Positions 24,789 through 39,550 of a DNA stretch of 64,000 nt are shown in pieces. The stretch covers positions 35,526,001-35,590,000 of the forward strand of contig OZ231126.1 in assembly GCA_965153355.1 (NCBI GenBank). Reading direction: 5' to 3'. Positions within the stretch are counted from its first letter, which is position 1; the number at the start of each line of letters is the position of its first letter. Both the position numbers and the translations under genes were made by a program. The notes below the pieces were generated by a model. That model was not told the DNA's origin. It saw only the letters and a program-made list of their open reading frames with translations, and did no database searches. The stretch comes from Flaccisagitta enflata (lineage: Eukaryota).

Positions 24789-27700
24789 CTGTTAATGCAA
24801 TGGGGGAGATTGAAAAAAAGGGAGAGTAAGGAATGGTGTGTTGGACGAGCAGGATGATTGGTAAGTATGGAACGCTTCTATATAACTATGGGCCCCAAAT
24901 CACATAAAAATCCAAGACAGTTTTAAAGCTTTGCGAAAAATGTTTCAAATGGGACATAGCTGGTCATTTTTTTGTTTAAAAAAATTGACCAGCTGTGTCC
25001 CCATTGCTTTATTTTCTAAAAAGCTAAAACTGTCTTGGGCCACAGCCAGCCTATGTCATAACAAGGCGTTCCTTGTGTCTGCTCAGTCTATTCTTACTAT
25101 AGCATCTCTGTCCCATGGCGCGCTGAGCCGAGCGCATGTTTGTGGCTTCAGCCATTGCGATAAATCTTCTGCACGTCGGCCGACTCGGCGCCGAAAGTCC
25201 GCAATCGTCAAGCAATGGCAGTCGCTATTACCATCGCTCATCAGGCGCAAGTTTGCGACATTTCTTAAAGTGCTGCGCAATTTATTCGACAATATCTCTG
25301 GCCTGAATCTCAAGTTTGTTCAGTGCTCATTCAGAAATAAACGCTCACGTTCATTTCGAGAAATAATACATGTGGCAATCAGCAGGGTAATACATCGACG
25401 TTATCAAAGCAGTGGCTCCGGAATGACCGCTCTTTTCAGGCAGCTGCAAAACGCTCAGGCGCTGGATGTGACACGATCGAGATCAGCCCTCTGACTGAAA
25501 TTTGCTGTAAAACCAGAGTAAAGACCTAGAATCACATTCTCAGGCCTGTGGCAGTGCTGCCTATCCTCATCTGACCTTATAACTCTCTTAAGCCCTTTAT
25601 TAAACCTAGACCACAGCAATCAAATTGATCTCAAACCTGAGTGGTGAAGTCTCCAGTATAGCTCGTGTGAAATTGCCACTCCTACAGATCCGGCCACTCA
25701 TAGGAACCACTACCTGTGCTCGGCCTGATCGACAAAGTTCTATGTTTGACTTTCACTCTTCTCACAAATGCTCGATCCGCTAATTCCGTTTCTATACCAT
25801 GCATAAACGTCGCCGGCGTCTGGGCTCCCACGTGCGGTGGAAGGCTGTCAAGCCGCGACGCATCGCTCATCATAATAATGGCACGCAATCACTTGACGGC
25901 GCCATGTTCAGGAAGCTCGTACCTGCACATGCGGGCAATCAACGGCTGCCATCAAACGCAGCGGAAATAACGGCGAGGTGAAAGTCTGTCTGATTAATTG
26001 GCGGAAGTAACACGGGATGCTAGCGTACTTCGTCAAATGTGCTTGAAATGATAGTGACCGACCATCATACATCATTGCGGTGGCGACCATCTGGTTGTGG
26101 TTGGCGCCACGTGTGCGCAAGCAAAACGGTGCAAACCGGTGATCATCAGTGATATTCGACGAGACGATGACGATAATGGGCCATTCATGAATGAACGGGA
26201 CGAGTCAGCCCGTTATTTAAAGATCGTATCTCGGGAATGCGCGTCAAGCGCGACGGTGCTGTCTGTGTTGTTTTGCCGTAATCTGGTATTGTTTGCCATG
26301 TCTGGTCAAGTGACTGCCATGTCTGTTGAGACTTTACCGTATCGCGGTGATGACTGCCATGTCTGGTATTGATTTGCCATGTCTGTTGTTGGTACATCTG
26401 GTATTGTTGCATGTCTGAGCGGTATTTATGATTGCCGTAATACTGGTATTACCGTATTCTGGTGATGGCTATATGTGAACGGTGTTACTGCATGTATTGA
26501 TTTAACATGTCTAATTGATGTTACTATACAGATGATGACTGGGCGATATATTTGACAGTTTACTATGTCTGAACAGTTGATTGCTATATCTGTTAGTATT
26601 TACTATATCTAGTTGTGTTACATGTCTGGTGTTAAATGCCTTTTATATAACATTGCTGCTATGTCTGGTGGTGTTTATTAAATGTCTGAATAACCACTGT
26701 ATTTATCTGGTGATTGACCTGCTATCTGTTGATTACGACCTGCTATCTGTGGTGGCCTATATCAGTGACCCTTTAATATTTAATGTCTGATTATTAACAA
26801 TCGTGGTATTTAATTTCTGAATTATACTGGATATTTTGTGTTTGTCTGGTCATTATTTGCTCTTATCGATTGATGCTAACGTGCTCATTGACCTACTCTC
26901 TTATCATGTATTGTGCTGTCTAGTATGGAAATATTGTCTAATTGGTGTTTGCTCTCTGAGCGGTAACTGGTGATTTACTCTATTGATGATTGATACTGTG
27001 TGTTATTGCTGTCATCGTCGATTTACTGTAGGACCGGTGAACATGTCGACAGTATTTTAAACGGCAATATACTGAATTCCTTATCAGGCAGTAACAACGC
27101 TGCACACATCACAACAACATCCCGATGATATCAATCCCGAACTGAAACACCCTGGCGTTAAATAACGTATCGGCTGTCGGCAGGTGCACAAACGAATATC
27201 AGCGTCTTGGACTCGGGGTATCGCGCTGTCCTGCTCCAGGATCGGCACATCTCATCATTCCTGCGCGGCGCATGCAACGCTGCAGTCAGTTATCGGCTCC
27301 TTCCGCAATCGAAAATCACGACATCGATTCAGTGACTATGCCACATCACCGTCAAGCCGCATAACCTTCTCATCAACCTGCTGAAACGCTCTCCCCAAAT
27401 TATTACGGCCGGATATCTGGGCTAAACTGGAACAAGGGTGCGATTGACAGGAAATTCAATATGTATATCTGATTGTGAAAAATACAGTGCGAGGGCCACC
27501 ACGTCTCTAGCAACCCCTTTGGCTTTACAGGGATGTAATGAAGGTGATTGAAAATAATGCATGTTAGTATACCTAATTCAATTGCCATCAAGGGGATTTT
27601 GAATTTCTGCAATGCTTAAGACCAACCAAGCTAAATAGAGCAAAATTCAATATTTGCGAAAATGATTTATTTTTGAGCTGTTTAACAAGTTAAAATAAAG

Positions 27701-27801
27701 AAAGTATGACAAAGTGTGGGACAATTTATCAGTGCTATTTTAAGTTGATAATATAAATTATTAGCTAGAAAGGTTTGCTAAGATATATATTGTATTTTCA
27801 C

Positions 27802-27836
<35 letters not shown>

Positions 27837-28935
27837 GCTGTGTGTGTGTGTGTGTGTGTGGTGTGTGTGTGCGTGTGACGCAACGTGACGGTATGTTAAA
27901 GAACGACCGTATCTGATGCGCGATATAGCAATGCTGTACCTATAATTCTGCGCAATGAACTGCCGTCTAAATCGAGTGTTGTCGCTAAATTCAGAACTGT
28001 CGAAAAGGCGGCAAACGGTGTTGCGAAACAGGTATAACGACGATAAAACCGCAGACACGGCGGTGTGCTGGCTACGACAGATTCATGCTGCTGTCTGGCC
28101 ATCATGCAAACACCAACTGCATGATTTCCATCTCCTGGGCAAATCAGATATTCCTCATCATCATATTAGTGGCTTATGTGCAGATGTCGGAGTCATTAAC
28201 TGTGCATCACTCGACTCTCATGTCTCCTCCCCTCCCCATCTCTATACTTTCCCTCTCTCTCTCTTCCTCCTCTTCATACAATTATCATATAGTGATCATA
28301 ATAGTTCACTGAACAAAAAACTAGATAATAGATCTGGAAGGAATTTACCCCGTCATCATAAATGTGAGCTGCTGAATGCGACTCTTAATTTTCTATTTAT
28401 AAAGTCAAACCTCAAATCATTCACTGGCATTATCAGCAGGGAAATTGATACAAATATTACAAAAACAGGCTGAAAGGACAACGACCTCAGAGATTTCATG
28501 CACATGATCAGCGCCTGGGCCTCAGGTGTGCCTGGGCAAGATTTCACTCTGTACTAGCTCTCAGTGTCTACCCGCTCCCAAAGGCAGCTGCATCGGCAGG
28601 AGTGAGCATGAGCTGAGATCGGCTGAGCTGCGTGGTGATCAGTGACAGAGAGGATGATGATGATGAAAGGATGATGACAGTTATTATAAGACTACGGTAT
28701 TGTGGGATGGAAGACAGGTTTAGTGATAATATACAGATAACATTTATATGTGTGATTATAAAGTGTGTGTGTGTGGTAGTGGGTGTGTGTGTGTGTGTGT
28801 GTGTGATGATGAAAAGTTGATGTGTGTGTGGCGTGGGTGTGTGTGTGGAGTGTGGTGATGTGGGTGTGTGTGTGTGTGATGGGTGTGTGTGTGTGTGATG
28901 TGTGGGAAAAGATGATGTGTGTGTGTGTGTGAAGA

Positions 28936-28966
<31 letters not shown>

Positions 28967-29474
28967 ATAGTGAAAAGTGTGATGTGTGTGTGTGTGTGTG
29001 AAAGAGTATTTGTGGGCGATGTGAAGTGAAGAAGGTGTGTGTGTGAAAGTGAAGAAGATGTGTGATGGGACGTGTGTGAAGTGTGTGTGTGTGATGACGA
29101 CGTGTGGTGAAGACGATGGGAATGAAGTGAAAGATGATCGTCGAGTGATGAAGCGATGAAGGTGATGAAGATGACGAGATGATAATGGCTGATGAAAAGT
29201 GACGAGACGTGGTGGTGTCAGATGATGATTGTGGACGTGTGTGGGTGATGACGGTAAGAAGGTGTGTGTGATAATGAAGCGTGATGTGATGGATGATGAT
29301 GGAGGCTGACGAACGAGTATGACGATGAAGATGGAAGTCGAAGTGATGAAAATGATGAAAGGAATGAGATAAAGTATTGAAGATGATGATGAAGATGTGG
29401 GAGATGATGAAAGAGATGATGAAAGAGATGATGATGATGAAAGAGATGATGAAAGAGATGATGATGATGAAAGA

Positions 29475-29526
<52 letters not shown>

Positions 29527-29556
29527 AGGATATGATGACGATGATGATGTGGTGGT

Positions 29557-29591
<35 letters not shown>

Positions 29592-31135
29592 AATGATGAG
29601 TCGAAGATGATAATGAAAGTATTGAATGATGAAAAGATGATGAAAACGAAGATGATGAGAATGAAGATGATGAGGATGATGATGAAAGAGATGATGAAAT
29701 GAAAAGAAGATGATGTGTGTGGATGATGTGTGTGTGGGTGATGGTGTGAAAGAAGTTGATGAAGTTGTGTATGATGATGAAGATTGATGATAATGTGTGA
29801 AAAGCGATGATAGAGTCTAATGTCGAAAGATGCCGTCGGGAATGATAAGAGATGATGAATGATGGGGCGATGAGATGGAGATGAAAGAGATGATAGAGGC
29901 GTGTGAAAGAGATGATGGAATGACGAAAAGAGATGATGAAAAAGATGGAAGATGATGGAGATGATGATGATGATGTTAATGATACTATTGAGATGATACT
30001 GCATAATGCTGTAATTTCATAGATATGCTATGATATTATTGTGGTGCGCAGTATGGAGACAATGATAAAGGTGATGACAGAGTCTGAGATGTCGTAACGG
30101 CTGTGTATTGAAAGGCGTGTGACGAGTCATGATGAAGACGATGCGCGATGATCATGATCGCGAGCGATGTGCAATGTGTGTGTGAAAAATGATACCAGAT
30201 GACTGGTAGCAGATAATGTCATAATGGTATTAGGTGATGTGATGGGCGATGTGAATCATGCAGGTGACGTATTAATACAGCGGCGGTAGTGAGATGTCGA
30301 TACGGAAATAACTGACTGGTAACGTGGGTGTGCTGATGGTGGCGTGACGTGTGGTATGATGATATCGGCCGATGTCTTGAATATAATGAATTGTCACGTT
30401 GGTGTGTGTGTGTTGGTGTGTTTGTGTGTCGTGATGACTGATGTGTAATGAATTTGAATTATCGCCGATGTCAAAGGCGTTCGTCCGCCTTTGGTAACTG
30501 GCAGGTGGCCTGCGAATAATGTGTGTGGAGCGATATGACTCAAGCCATTGCTAAACTATTGTATTTCCGCATCAGTAATATAACAACATTGTGGATATCT
30601 GTATAATATTCCTTTCGCTGCTGCCTGATGAGCAGAGATCTAAAGGAATGAAGTAAAGTATTCAAAATCGAGGACAAATATTGTTATATCTGAATACGTG
30701 AAAAACACACTATTTCTATGGAAACACTAATCTACAAATGAAACAAGAAATTATAATAAATCTGAAGAAAGTTGTTATTAGACAGACTTAGAAAGACAAA
30801 ATATTGTTATATTCTTTAATTTTCTGAGACTATTGTGTTGCTAAAAATGTTTAACATTTGGCATTTTGAAGCACAGACATTATTATAAAGAAGGTATTGC
30901 AACCAAAATGTTCTTGCGATAATAGACCGTCATGATATTGAAGCGTTATAATCTGCGCGGCGGCTTCTGGTTAAAGCACCGCGCAACATGTGCGCTGGTA
31001 ATGCCTTCGACTAAACTGGTAATTGTTTAAGATGTTCTGAAGATATCTGTACAATCAGTGCGCTAATAAAATTTGTATTGGTCTGTCTTCAGTAAATTGT
31101 CGTAGAAAATATCAGTATTGGGCTCCCGGCGCTCG

Positions 31136-31227
<92 letters not shown>

Positions 31228-33584
31228 CATCAAACTAAATAGTTTGGACGACAAATCGGCTGCTTGCAAATATCGTTTTGCTAAACTGAAGAGAACTTCG
31301 CCGGTGACCGTCGAAAATGTGACGCAGTTTATCTTCGCGACGCCGATTGCTGAAAAAATCTGCCGTTTCTCGGCGAAATCAAGAAAACCAAAGTAATGAT
31401 AGCAGCGCAATATAAGCGAAATGGTACGCCAACATAACTCGTGTATCCATACTGTATCCTCCACTATCTATTCGCGCTCTGATTCTATCGGCAAATCGTT
31501 CGTCGTCTTTAGCATTTGAAGTACTGAAGCAATCTGTCTCATCTTCGGCAACTGGTGAACGGGACTGCTAATGGCGACGACAGTATCACCGTGTCATATT
31601 GTGTGCCGCGATCTGCCTGCGCGTCTTTAAGTGAGCTATAAAAGCCAGTGATCGGCCCAACCATCGAGCAGGCGCAACAACGTCTCGGAAACTCCTCCTC
31701 GAAAAGTATCGAAAGTTCTGCGTTGAATCTCACCGAGCAGATAGTGAAATCGTAAAATATTCGTTTGTCGCTAATATGTTCAGGAAGTGGCTAGTATGTG
31801 GACCAAAGAGTTAGTACCTATCGTTGCTTCAGCTGACTAAAATGATGAAGAAGTGAATGAATGATTAGTACTCCAATAGAATGATAGGTGAAAGGTAACA
31901 ATAGATACTCGAATGTACAGTGAGCAAAACAGCTGACTGGCATGAAAAAATGAAGAATGGATATTATGACAGATATTGTCAAAAAATGTATACTTTCAAA
32001 AATGAAGTAAAAAATAAAATATTCGGCAAGAAAACGAAAATAGTGAATGAAGATTTAGAATGTGAATGATGAGGAAAATTGACTGGATAATCGTTTGATC
32101 TGAAAGGATAGTCAAGCTGTGTAAGCAGTACAGTGTGAGCATCTGGATTAAACTATTTGAACAAAACTGTCCTTTGTAAGTGGGGAATTCTGGCCTCACT
32201 GTAAAGACGGCGCTGTCATAATAATGAAATGAAGAATGTGTTGTTCATGAAATCTATGCGCTGGTGAAGTCAATTGATGGCGCAATCAATTTCTCTTTCG
32301 TTAGGTAGGTGATCAGCGAAGGCTGTTGGAACGTGAACCGGCATGGCAGAACAGCCGCAAGGCTACGAACTACGACGGCGAGTGGAAAGAAAATATAATC
32401 AATGGTGAGATGTTTATAATCTCTCAGCAGAGCACACTCTTTGCACAGGTATCGTTGTTATGAAGTCATTTATAACGTTGTCATCTCCTCTGGAGCATTC
32501 ACTCCTGCATTGATACAATCACGCAGCCTCGAAAAACGGCAACTATCAACGGCATTATCTTGATCCGATGGATCCACTCAATATCTCAACGAACAACAAC
32601 TGTTCTGACTGGTATTACCGACATTCGCCGGCTCTGACCGGATCGTCAATGAGAATCTGCGTTTTCGGCGACCTCATTCGGCGGTGCCATCAAAATGCAA
32701 AAACCGCTCTTCCACGCTCGTCGGTAAGATAAATCGACAAAAGCACCGAGGTGGCGTCACGCGGCGTCGTACTCGATTCATTTCTCGTTACTCACATCAC
32801 CCAACATAAAGTAAATATTATGTATAATATGTATACATATGCTACTCATGTGGGTGTGGCTGACACAGCATATAAACATATGAACTATGCTCCTTTCGAT
32901 TTCACTCATTTATCACTGCTTATGCTCATGGTGATTTAGCTGGCGTATCTCCGCCGCTATCTCCCGGAAGTGGCAAGCGCAAATGGAATCAGCAACCGTG
33001 AAGCGGCCAGCCTGGCATATATGCTGTTAAGTCAACGATCTTCTCGAAGTCAAGCCAATAACTCTGAAAAAAGTCGCCTGCGTCTAAAGGTAGCTGGTCG
33101 GAATCTGGAATTTCTTGTTGTGATATACATACTGAGTATTCCTAGCTGTTATAGTGTCCCTCTTTGTTGGTCTGTCTGTTTGTTGCAGTCATCTCTGTTG
33201 TAGTGGAGTGCTCTCTTGTTGTAGTCACTGTTTCACTGTTATAGTCATCTTCTGTTTGTTATGGTCATATTTCGCTGTTGATCATCTCTGCTGTGTGTCA
33301 TATTTCATAGTAGTCGTCTCTTGTTTCCTCTTCTTGTAGTTGCTCACCTAGCTGTTACAGTCATCGCCTCTGTGGATCATGCGTGTTGCAGTCGCTCTCT
33401 CTTATGTCATCTCTTCATGCTGTAATATCTTATATTCTTTACAGTGCATCTATAACACACGTCATCTGCTCTCACTTCTGATCTATACTCACAGTCAGTG
33501 CTCTAAACACGTCATCTGCTTCTCCTTCCTGATAATCTCACTCGCCTGTCATCTGCTATCGCTGGGTCACTCCACTTCGACTCT

Positions 33585-34025
33585 GCTGCAGTCATCTGCT
33601 CTCGCTGCAGTCATCTGCCCTTGCTGCAGTCATCTGCTCTCGCTGCAGTCATCTGCTCTCGCTACAGTCATCTGCTCTCACTGCAGTCATCTGCTCTCGC
33701 TGCAGTCATCTGCTCTCGCTGCAGTCATCTGCTCTCGCTGCAGTCATCTGCTCTCGCTGCAGTCATCTGCTCTCGCTGCAGTCATCTGCTCTCGCTGCAG
33801 TCATCTGCTCTCGCTGCAGTCATCTGCTCTCGCTGCAGTCATTTGCTCTCGCTGCAGTCATCTGCTCTCGCTGCAGTCATCTGCTCTCGCTGCAGTCATC
33901 TGCTCTCGCCGCAGTCATCTGCTCTCGCCGCAGTCATCTGCTCTCGCCGCAGTCATTTGCTCTTGCCGCAGTCATTTGCTCTTGCCGCAGTCATTTGCTC
34001 TTGCAAGGTCATTTGCTCTTGCAAG
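33585..34025. repeat. 19-bp tandem repeat GCAGTCATCTGCTCTCGCT
   Basis: About 22 clean units, preceded by garbled units at 33130-33585. Confidence 0.9.
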
Positions 34026-34285
34026 GTCACAATGCAGTCTTGATGTTCAACCTAATTACAAGAGCACAATAAGTAGGCCTAACTGATAGTTCTACAATAA
34101 GTGCCACGTAGGAAAAATTTTTCCCCTGTCCATGATAAGGCAGGGCCGGAAATACGTATGCCTCATGCGCATTTCAGCTCTCTTGCCGATGGACGGACGG
34201 ACAGACAAAACCACTTTTAGAGACGGTGCAGCGGCAGTGATTCGTATTGGCAATGAATGTTTCGGATTAACAATGTTTGTTTCAG

Positions 34286-34408
34286 GTGATGAAATATATG
34301 CCATCTGCGACGAATCTCGAAGAGACTATCCCTCATTGGCTCTCGTGGCTTCCGGTTTGGGAAGATGACGAAGAAGCCAAACATATTTATGGATATTTTT
34401 GCGAGCTG
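34286..34408 (+). CDS. IPO5: IPO5 C-terminal-region exon preserved within the noisy mirrored arm
   Basis: ttcag|GTG...CTG|gtgagt; translates VMKYMPSATNLEETIPHWLSWLPVWEDDEEAKHIYGYFCEL, matching the IPO5 LPHWLSWLP..ED.EEA...F.YLCDL motif. Too short for the ORF track. Confidence 0.85.
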
Positions 34409-36949
34409 GTGAGTGGAAAATCTCTTTTTAAAAATTATCTGATGTGATGTTTCTGATCGGCGATTTACTGCAGAAGATGTCAGCACATATAAAATAATCT
34501 CCGCTTTGAATCTTCGGCACAACCAGCAATATCTCTTGTCTATTTATTCAACATAGTAAAATAGCGAGAATAATTAAGCCTAATAAATTCGCCTCAAGCC
34601 AGTGTTAAGATAAATCATTTAAAATTTTAACCTGTTTAACGGGTAATCCATGATCATCCATCGAGTCAAGCTAGATCGTGGTTCTTTTTGAGGCTGCTGG
34701 CTCTTTACTGTCTTATCGCCGCGTGTATCGATGCCGCAAGCTGACGCTTTGCGGTGACTGGGTGAAACAACCGCTGTAGCTAACGAAACTGCATCATGGC
34801 GAAGTCATGGTCGAAAATGTTCGCCGGACATTTTACTGCCATCGTACAGACTGCACAGCTCATGGGTATTTCAGAACATGCTTTATTTCTGTTGATTAAT
34901 CAGCCAGTTTAAGTCTTTATGACCGATGATAACGAAGAACACATGCGCCATAGCAACAAGAAGGTGACATCGACCGATGTCGGTCAGCAACACGACGTCG
35001 GCGTGATGTGGCCTTGTTTATCGTTTGTCTCATTACCTCAGTTGAAAAGGTGATTTTCATAATTTTCGCAATTCTCTTCCATTCTGTCTGGTGTGTCACC
35101 TGTCAAATCTCGCTTCGTCATACTGCTCTTCTCTTGTCGCCGAGAATCACTTTGTCTCCTTTCCTTTCACTGGGTAAAAAAAATCATTTCACTGTTTTCA
35201 TAATATATAATATATATATGCACAGGCGATAGCATAAATAACTTTCGGTACTCAAAAACTTCGTTCTTTCCTTCTCGGCTGGCTGATTCTGTCTGCATCG
35301 AAAGTCGTCGACGACAACTCTTATATAGATTGAATGAATGCATTTCTCATGATTATTTTCTGCAATCTTCTTCTGTCACCATCACTGCGCTACTAAATCT
35401 AACATCTCCGAAGAAAGATCCATCCAAGCTTTAAAATAAAGCACCATTTACTAGATCAGTCAGAACTATTTTTCTGTGAAACAAAAAATATGACATTATA
35501 TAACATGTACACACGTGTGTGCGTGAATATTAATGCTCTCATAATCTGCGATATAAGAAAACGAAGAAGAAGCTATTTCCTTCTACGCCTCTGTTATAGA
35601 CTTTCTTTGTCGTGATCTGATAACGCACTGCGCCATCTTGCTGCTTACTTTTTACTGGCGTCAGCGCCGTTTCTTTTTAACCGCAAATATTGCAACACAA
35701 CAAGTGAAGTTCGTGACAGAAAAGCATGCGGCGATTTTAGTTATTTCCCATGTGCAGCATGCAATGATGTGGTAAAGGACAAATGTTAATTTGATGTTGA
35801 TGAAGAGTGAGATGATGACGTGAAAAGTTGTGATGATGAATGTGGGGTGTTATGAAAGGATGATGATGATTTGGTTTTAAGTGACCTTACAATTCAGCAA
35901 TGCACAACTATTGATTATTGCCCTTTTTCACATGTTGCTTTCTTTTGCTTTCCTTCGTTACTTTATGTGGGCAAATCTTAAACAAATTACTGTAGTAGTA
36001 TAAACTATTATCAGATCTTTGATGTTTATCTTTCCTGTGATGCAATGTGTAGTATAAACAGTCTATAAGAAAATCAAATTTGTAGATAACTGCAGACCAA
36101 TACAGCATTCTCAAGCCATCTTAGTGAAACAAACAATAATCTTACTCAGGCAGAAGGTACAATTTTGCAAAGAGCATTATGCTATTGCAGTAGTTTAGTG
36201 AAATGCCTATGCTAGAAGTAGGTGGCTGGGCCAGTTTTAAAAAATGCCTCGAAAGGCTGTTAAAAAGAAATGAGCAGGCACAGTGTATTAACCATTCTAT
36301 TCTTTCTTATTAGTGTTATTATTGGTATTAATATTTGTATATTGTATTGTATTTGGCAAAATGAATGTATTACATTGAAGTAAACAGTAGCTATCTAAAC
36401 ATGTACCCGGGCAAACATTGCGAGACGCAATGTGTTACCATTTGCCGCATCAAACTAAAAAAATTCATTAGTTCACTCATTAGTCGATAATAAGCCAAAT
36501 CATAAACGATAAGTAAAACAGGTCAAAATCATCAGATAATAAACGTTTAAACGGCGGGCAATTCAATGGCGAATGACTTGCCGGGGATTGACCTTTGTAT
36601 GTACGTACGCTAGATTGAGTGTTTTATTTTTGTCGCGAACTGAAAAAACGTGTGCGCTGAGGCTTTGTTCATCATAAAATCGATCTGTCTGTCAGACAGC
36701 AATTGAAAAATGAGCAGGTATTGTGTCTTCCGGTTTAATTTTTCCGCCTGCGTGATCCGATACTTTCAGATTTATCTTATGAAAAACTGGATAATTGCGC
36801 TGGCGCAATCGGTGAAAGATTCACCATGCCGCGACCTATTCAGTATAGTCAGACACTGTCTGTTAGCTATAAGTCAGTATGTCCCCTCATCTGAGCAAAT
36901 GATGTTTTAGTGTTAAGACTTAAACTCAACATGCTATTATTCCCTATAT

Positions 36950-39550
36950 ATGAAGATTTGTCGGAAAAAAAATCAGTCTTCTTGCACAGCATATTCAGAA
37001 CAAGTGCGAAAGGGAACTCACAGCAGGCTGATTACAGCCTCAGATAGTGACCAATATCAGAATTTAATAATTCTCTCTCAGGGTTGGAAACACAAGCAGA
37101 AGAATGCTCTACATGAAATATTTTTGCGTTATAATTTTAAGGCTATAAACCTGCAATTTTCATGATTTTGAATAGAATCAATAAAGATATATTAGTTTAC
37201 AAACATACAATATATGTTTATCTGTTTCAGCATATTCTACTATCTTTGAAAATTGTTGTGGCTACTCATTGCTTCAGTTTCTTCTTATGATTTTAGATGC
37301 AACAAATGAATAAATATTTTGAAACATGTTTATAACATGCAAGCATATCAGTGGTAGACCTTAGCATTTAGCTCATTTAATTTATTTTTTTTCTCTTTAA
37401 GTAGAGATGAGATAAATGACAATTAAGCACATACAAATACCAGAAAGCATTTCATTGAGCATAACAGATATCTGGTCAGTGATGTTGAATATTTTGCTCA
37501 TCTATTTTTCTTTGATTTTCAGTGCAGTCAACATAAATGCTCTTGTGATCTAGCAAATATCTGGAATAGTAAAAGCTGATGAGTAACCAATGCTTAACTT
37601 TTCCTCTATTGTGTGCGTGTATTACTGTGTGTTTGGCAAATGAGTGATTATGAACTAACAAGGTCAGCTTAAAATAGCTAATCAAACTTTAAAGGTAATC
37701 ACATCCCAGATAGGAATACAATTTAGTTATTAACTAAAAGTGTTTAAATAAGGAACAAAAAAGATAACATTCTGATATCAGAGGTATTGAAGATCTTCAA
37801 TTATATTATTCTGAAACTCTTGTGTGTGCAGCCTGATCTCCCACATATTTCAAAATATAATCCTAATTAAAAATGCTCTGAATGGCTTTGGTCAAAGGAG
37901 CGAAATATGAAAGTAAAGCTGCTGTAAAGCCTGTTTTGCCAGGCACGATTTGAAGCCTGTGGCACGGAACGCGAAGTGGATTTATTCTTAAGAAAACGCA
38001 GTTAGTCTGTGAAGCGATGTGAGTAAGAAGGCCGTTTTCATGCTGAGGCAGCTAACTTAGGCAGAGAAGGCTGGGTAGGGCCTGAGCTGAAAAATTTCTT
38101 GCAGCTTAAGTGCGCAGCTGGTGGGGCGCAGGCTGTGCAGCAAGTCGGTGGAGATCTGGCGATATGGGCATGGGGTTGGCAGCCGAGGCCTGATGAGCCT
38201 AAGAGTGTGACAGAGAGAGACCAGGCACAGACTGACAGACTAACAAAAAAGATTGTTTCAAAATAGACTTTGATGGGCTAATTCAGATGGACAGCAGTAC
38301 TATATTAGTGTGTGAAAGAGACATGAGCCCAAGACAATGACACATGTAAGGCACAGAGTAGAACTGTTTTTAGTGTCTGAAACATTATGTAAGTTAATGC
38401 CAGACAGTATTTGAGCCTCATGGCTGGGTTGAGCTTTGGAAGCTTGGGATTTGAGCCACCCAGCAAGTGGATTCAGGCTAGAGTTAGGCCTCAGGCTAAA
38501 TTTGAGCATGGCGCTGGACCGTGCTGAACAGGTTGGGCCTTTTAGCCTCTGGAAGGCCTCTAAGTAAGGTAGATCAAGGCGCCAGGAGGCGGGATCAGGC
38601 GCAGGAGGCAGAATCTAGGCCTGAGGCTGGGTGGGAGGCCTGAGAGCGATTACAGGGCCAGGCAGCGTATTTAAGGCATGGGAGATTCTGGAGGCACGGG
38701 AAGTCTGGAGAGTGAGATGGATGGGAATAAAGCAAATAAACAGTGCGGTGCCTAGTTCCCTGGGCTATCTCACTGAGCTGCGCTAAAAAGGATTTAAAAG
38801 TTCATTGAACACTGAAAAGTCAGATTTAGGATACAAGATGTCATATTGTGAGGAGTGCGTGTCTGCACTTCTCCTTAACAGTTTGTTGTCAAATTAAGAA
38901 ACAATTTATGTATTGATGCATGAAAATCAGAAATAAGGGCAATTAAATCAGCTAGATAAGCAAAATACTCAGGAATCACTCATCAGCCTTCACTGAAAAT
39001 AATGTATATTTGCAGTAATAATTTATTTCATCTATCAAAAGTTAGCAAAGCACAAGGCTGGACTCCCCTCAGCCAGCCTGTGAACGAAGTGAGCAGGGCA
39101 TGTTTTCACATTTTCAGCTGTGCTCACTTAACAGAGGATGATGCTGGACCAATAGACGGAGTTTCCTGAGCTTCTTTGAAGTTACGTGTCATAACTCAAA
39201 AGTAAGCCAAATGAGTAAAACAGTGCTGCTGTTTATACTCTCTTCTTATATACTAATGTGTTTCAAATATTTATTCATTGTTGCATTCTAAATCAGAAAA
39301 AACTGAAGCTAAATAATGAAACTATAAATGTATATAAGATGTTTGTATATATAGTATGTTTTCATATTTTCATTAACCAAACAAGCAAATACACCTTTTT
39401 GTGATCACGTTTCAAATGTGAAAAGTGAAAATTCAATTTAGGCCTAACAAATAAATATTCAGAGACTAAAGTAACCATAAAACATTTGCTGTGAAACATT
39501 AGCAGTATGAAAGAAATTATCCGTTACCTTTATCAATTTTGGTCGAAAGT
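36950..39550. mobile_element. Degraded element with long inverted arms in low-quality sequence
   Basis: 37270-37330 is the reverse complement of about 39258-39310. The left arm resembles the repeat at about 13620-13915 (ATGCTCTACA..AAATATTTTTG, CATTTAGCTCATTT). Confidence 0.4.

Larger units (their letters stand above)
24976..35050 (+). other. Error-ridden inverted copy of the IPO5 locus (probable long-read fold-back artefact)
   Basis: Mirror axis at 24974-24977 (GGGACATAGCTGGTCATTTTTTT gttt AAAAAAATTGACCAGCTGTGTCCC). Landmarks pair as 24685/25190, 21817/27435, 16770/31240 and 15350/32370. Exons, introns, MITEs and microsatellites are all garbled alike. Confidence 0.85.

Noticed and set aside
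24976-32430. IPO5 pseudogene or paralogue
   Set aside because: The exact hairpin axis, one pristine arm and uniform deletion-rich noise favour a sequencing fold-back; kept only as an alternative hypothesis.
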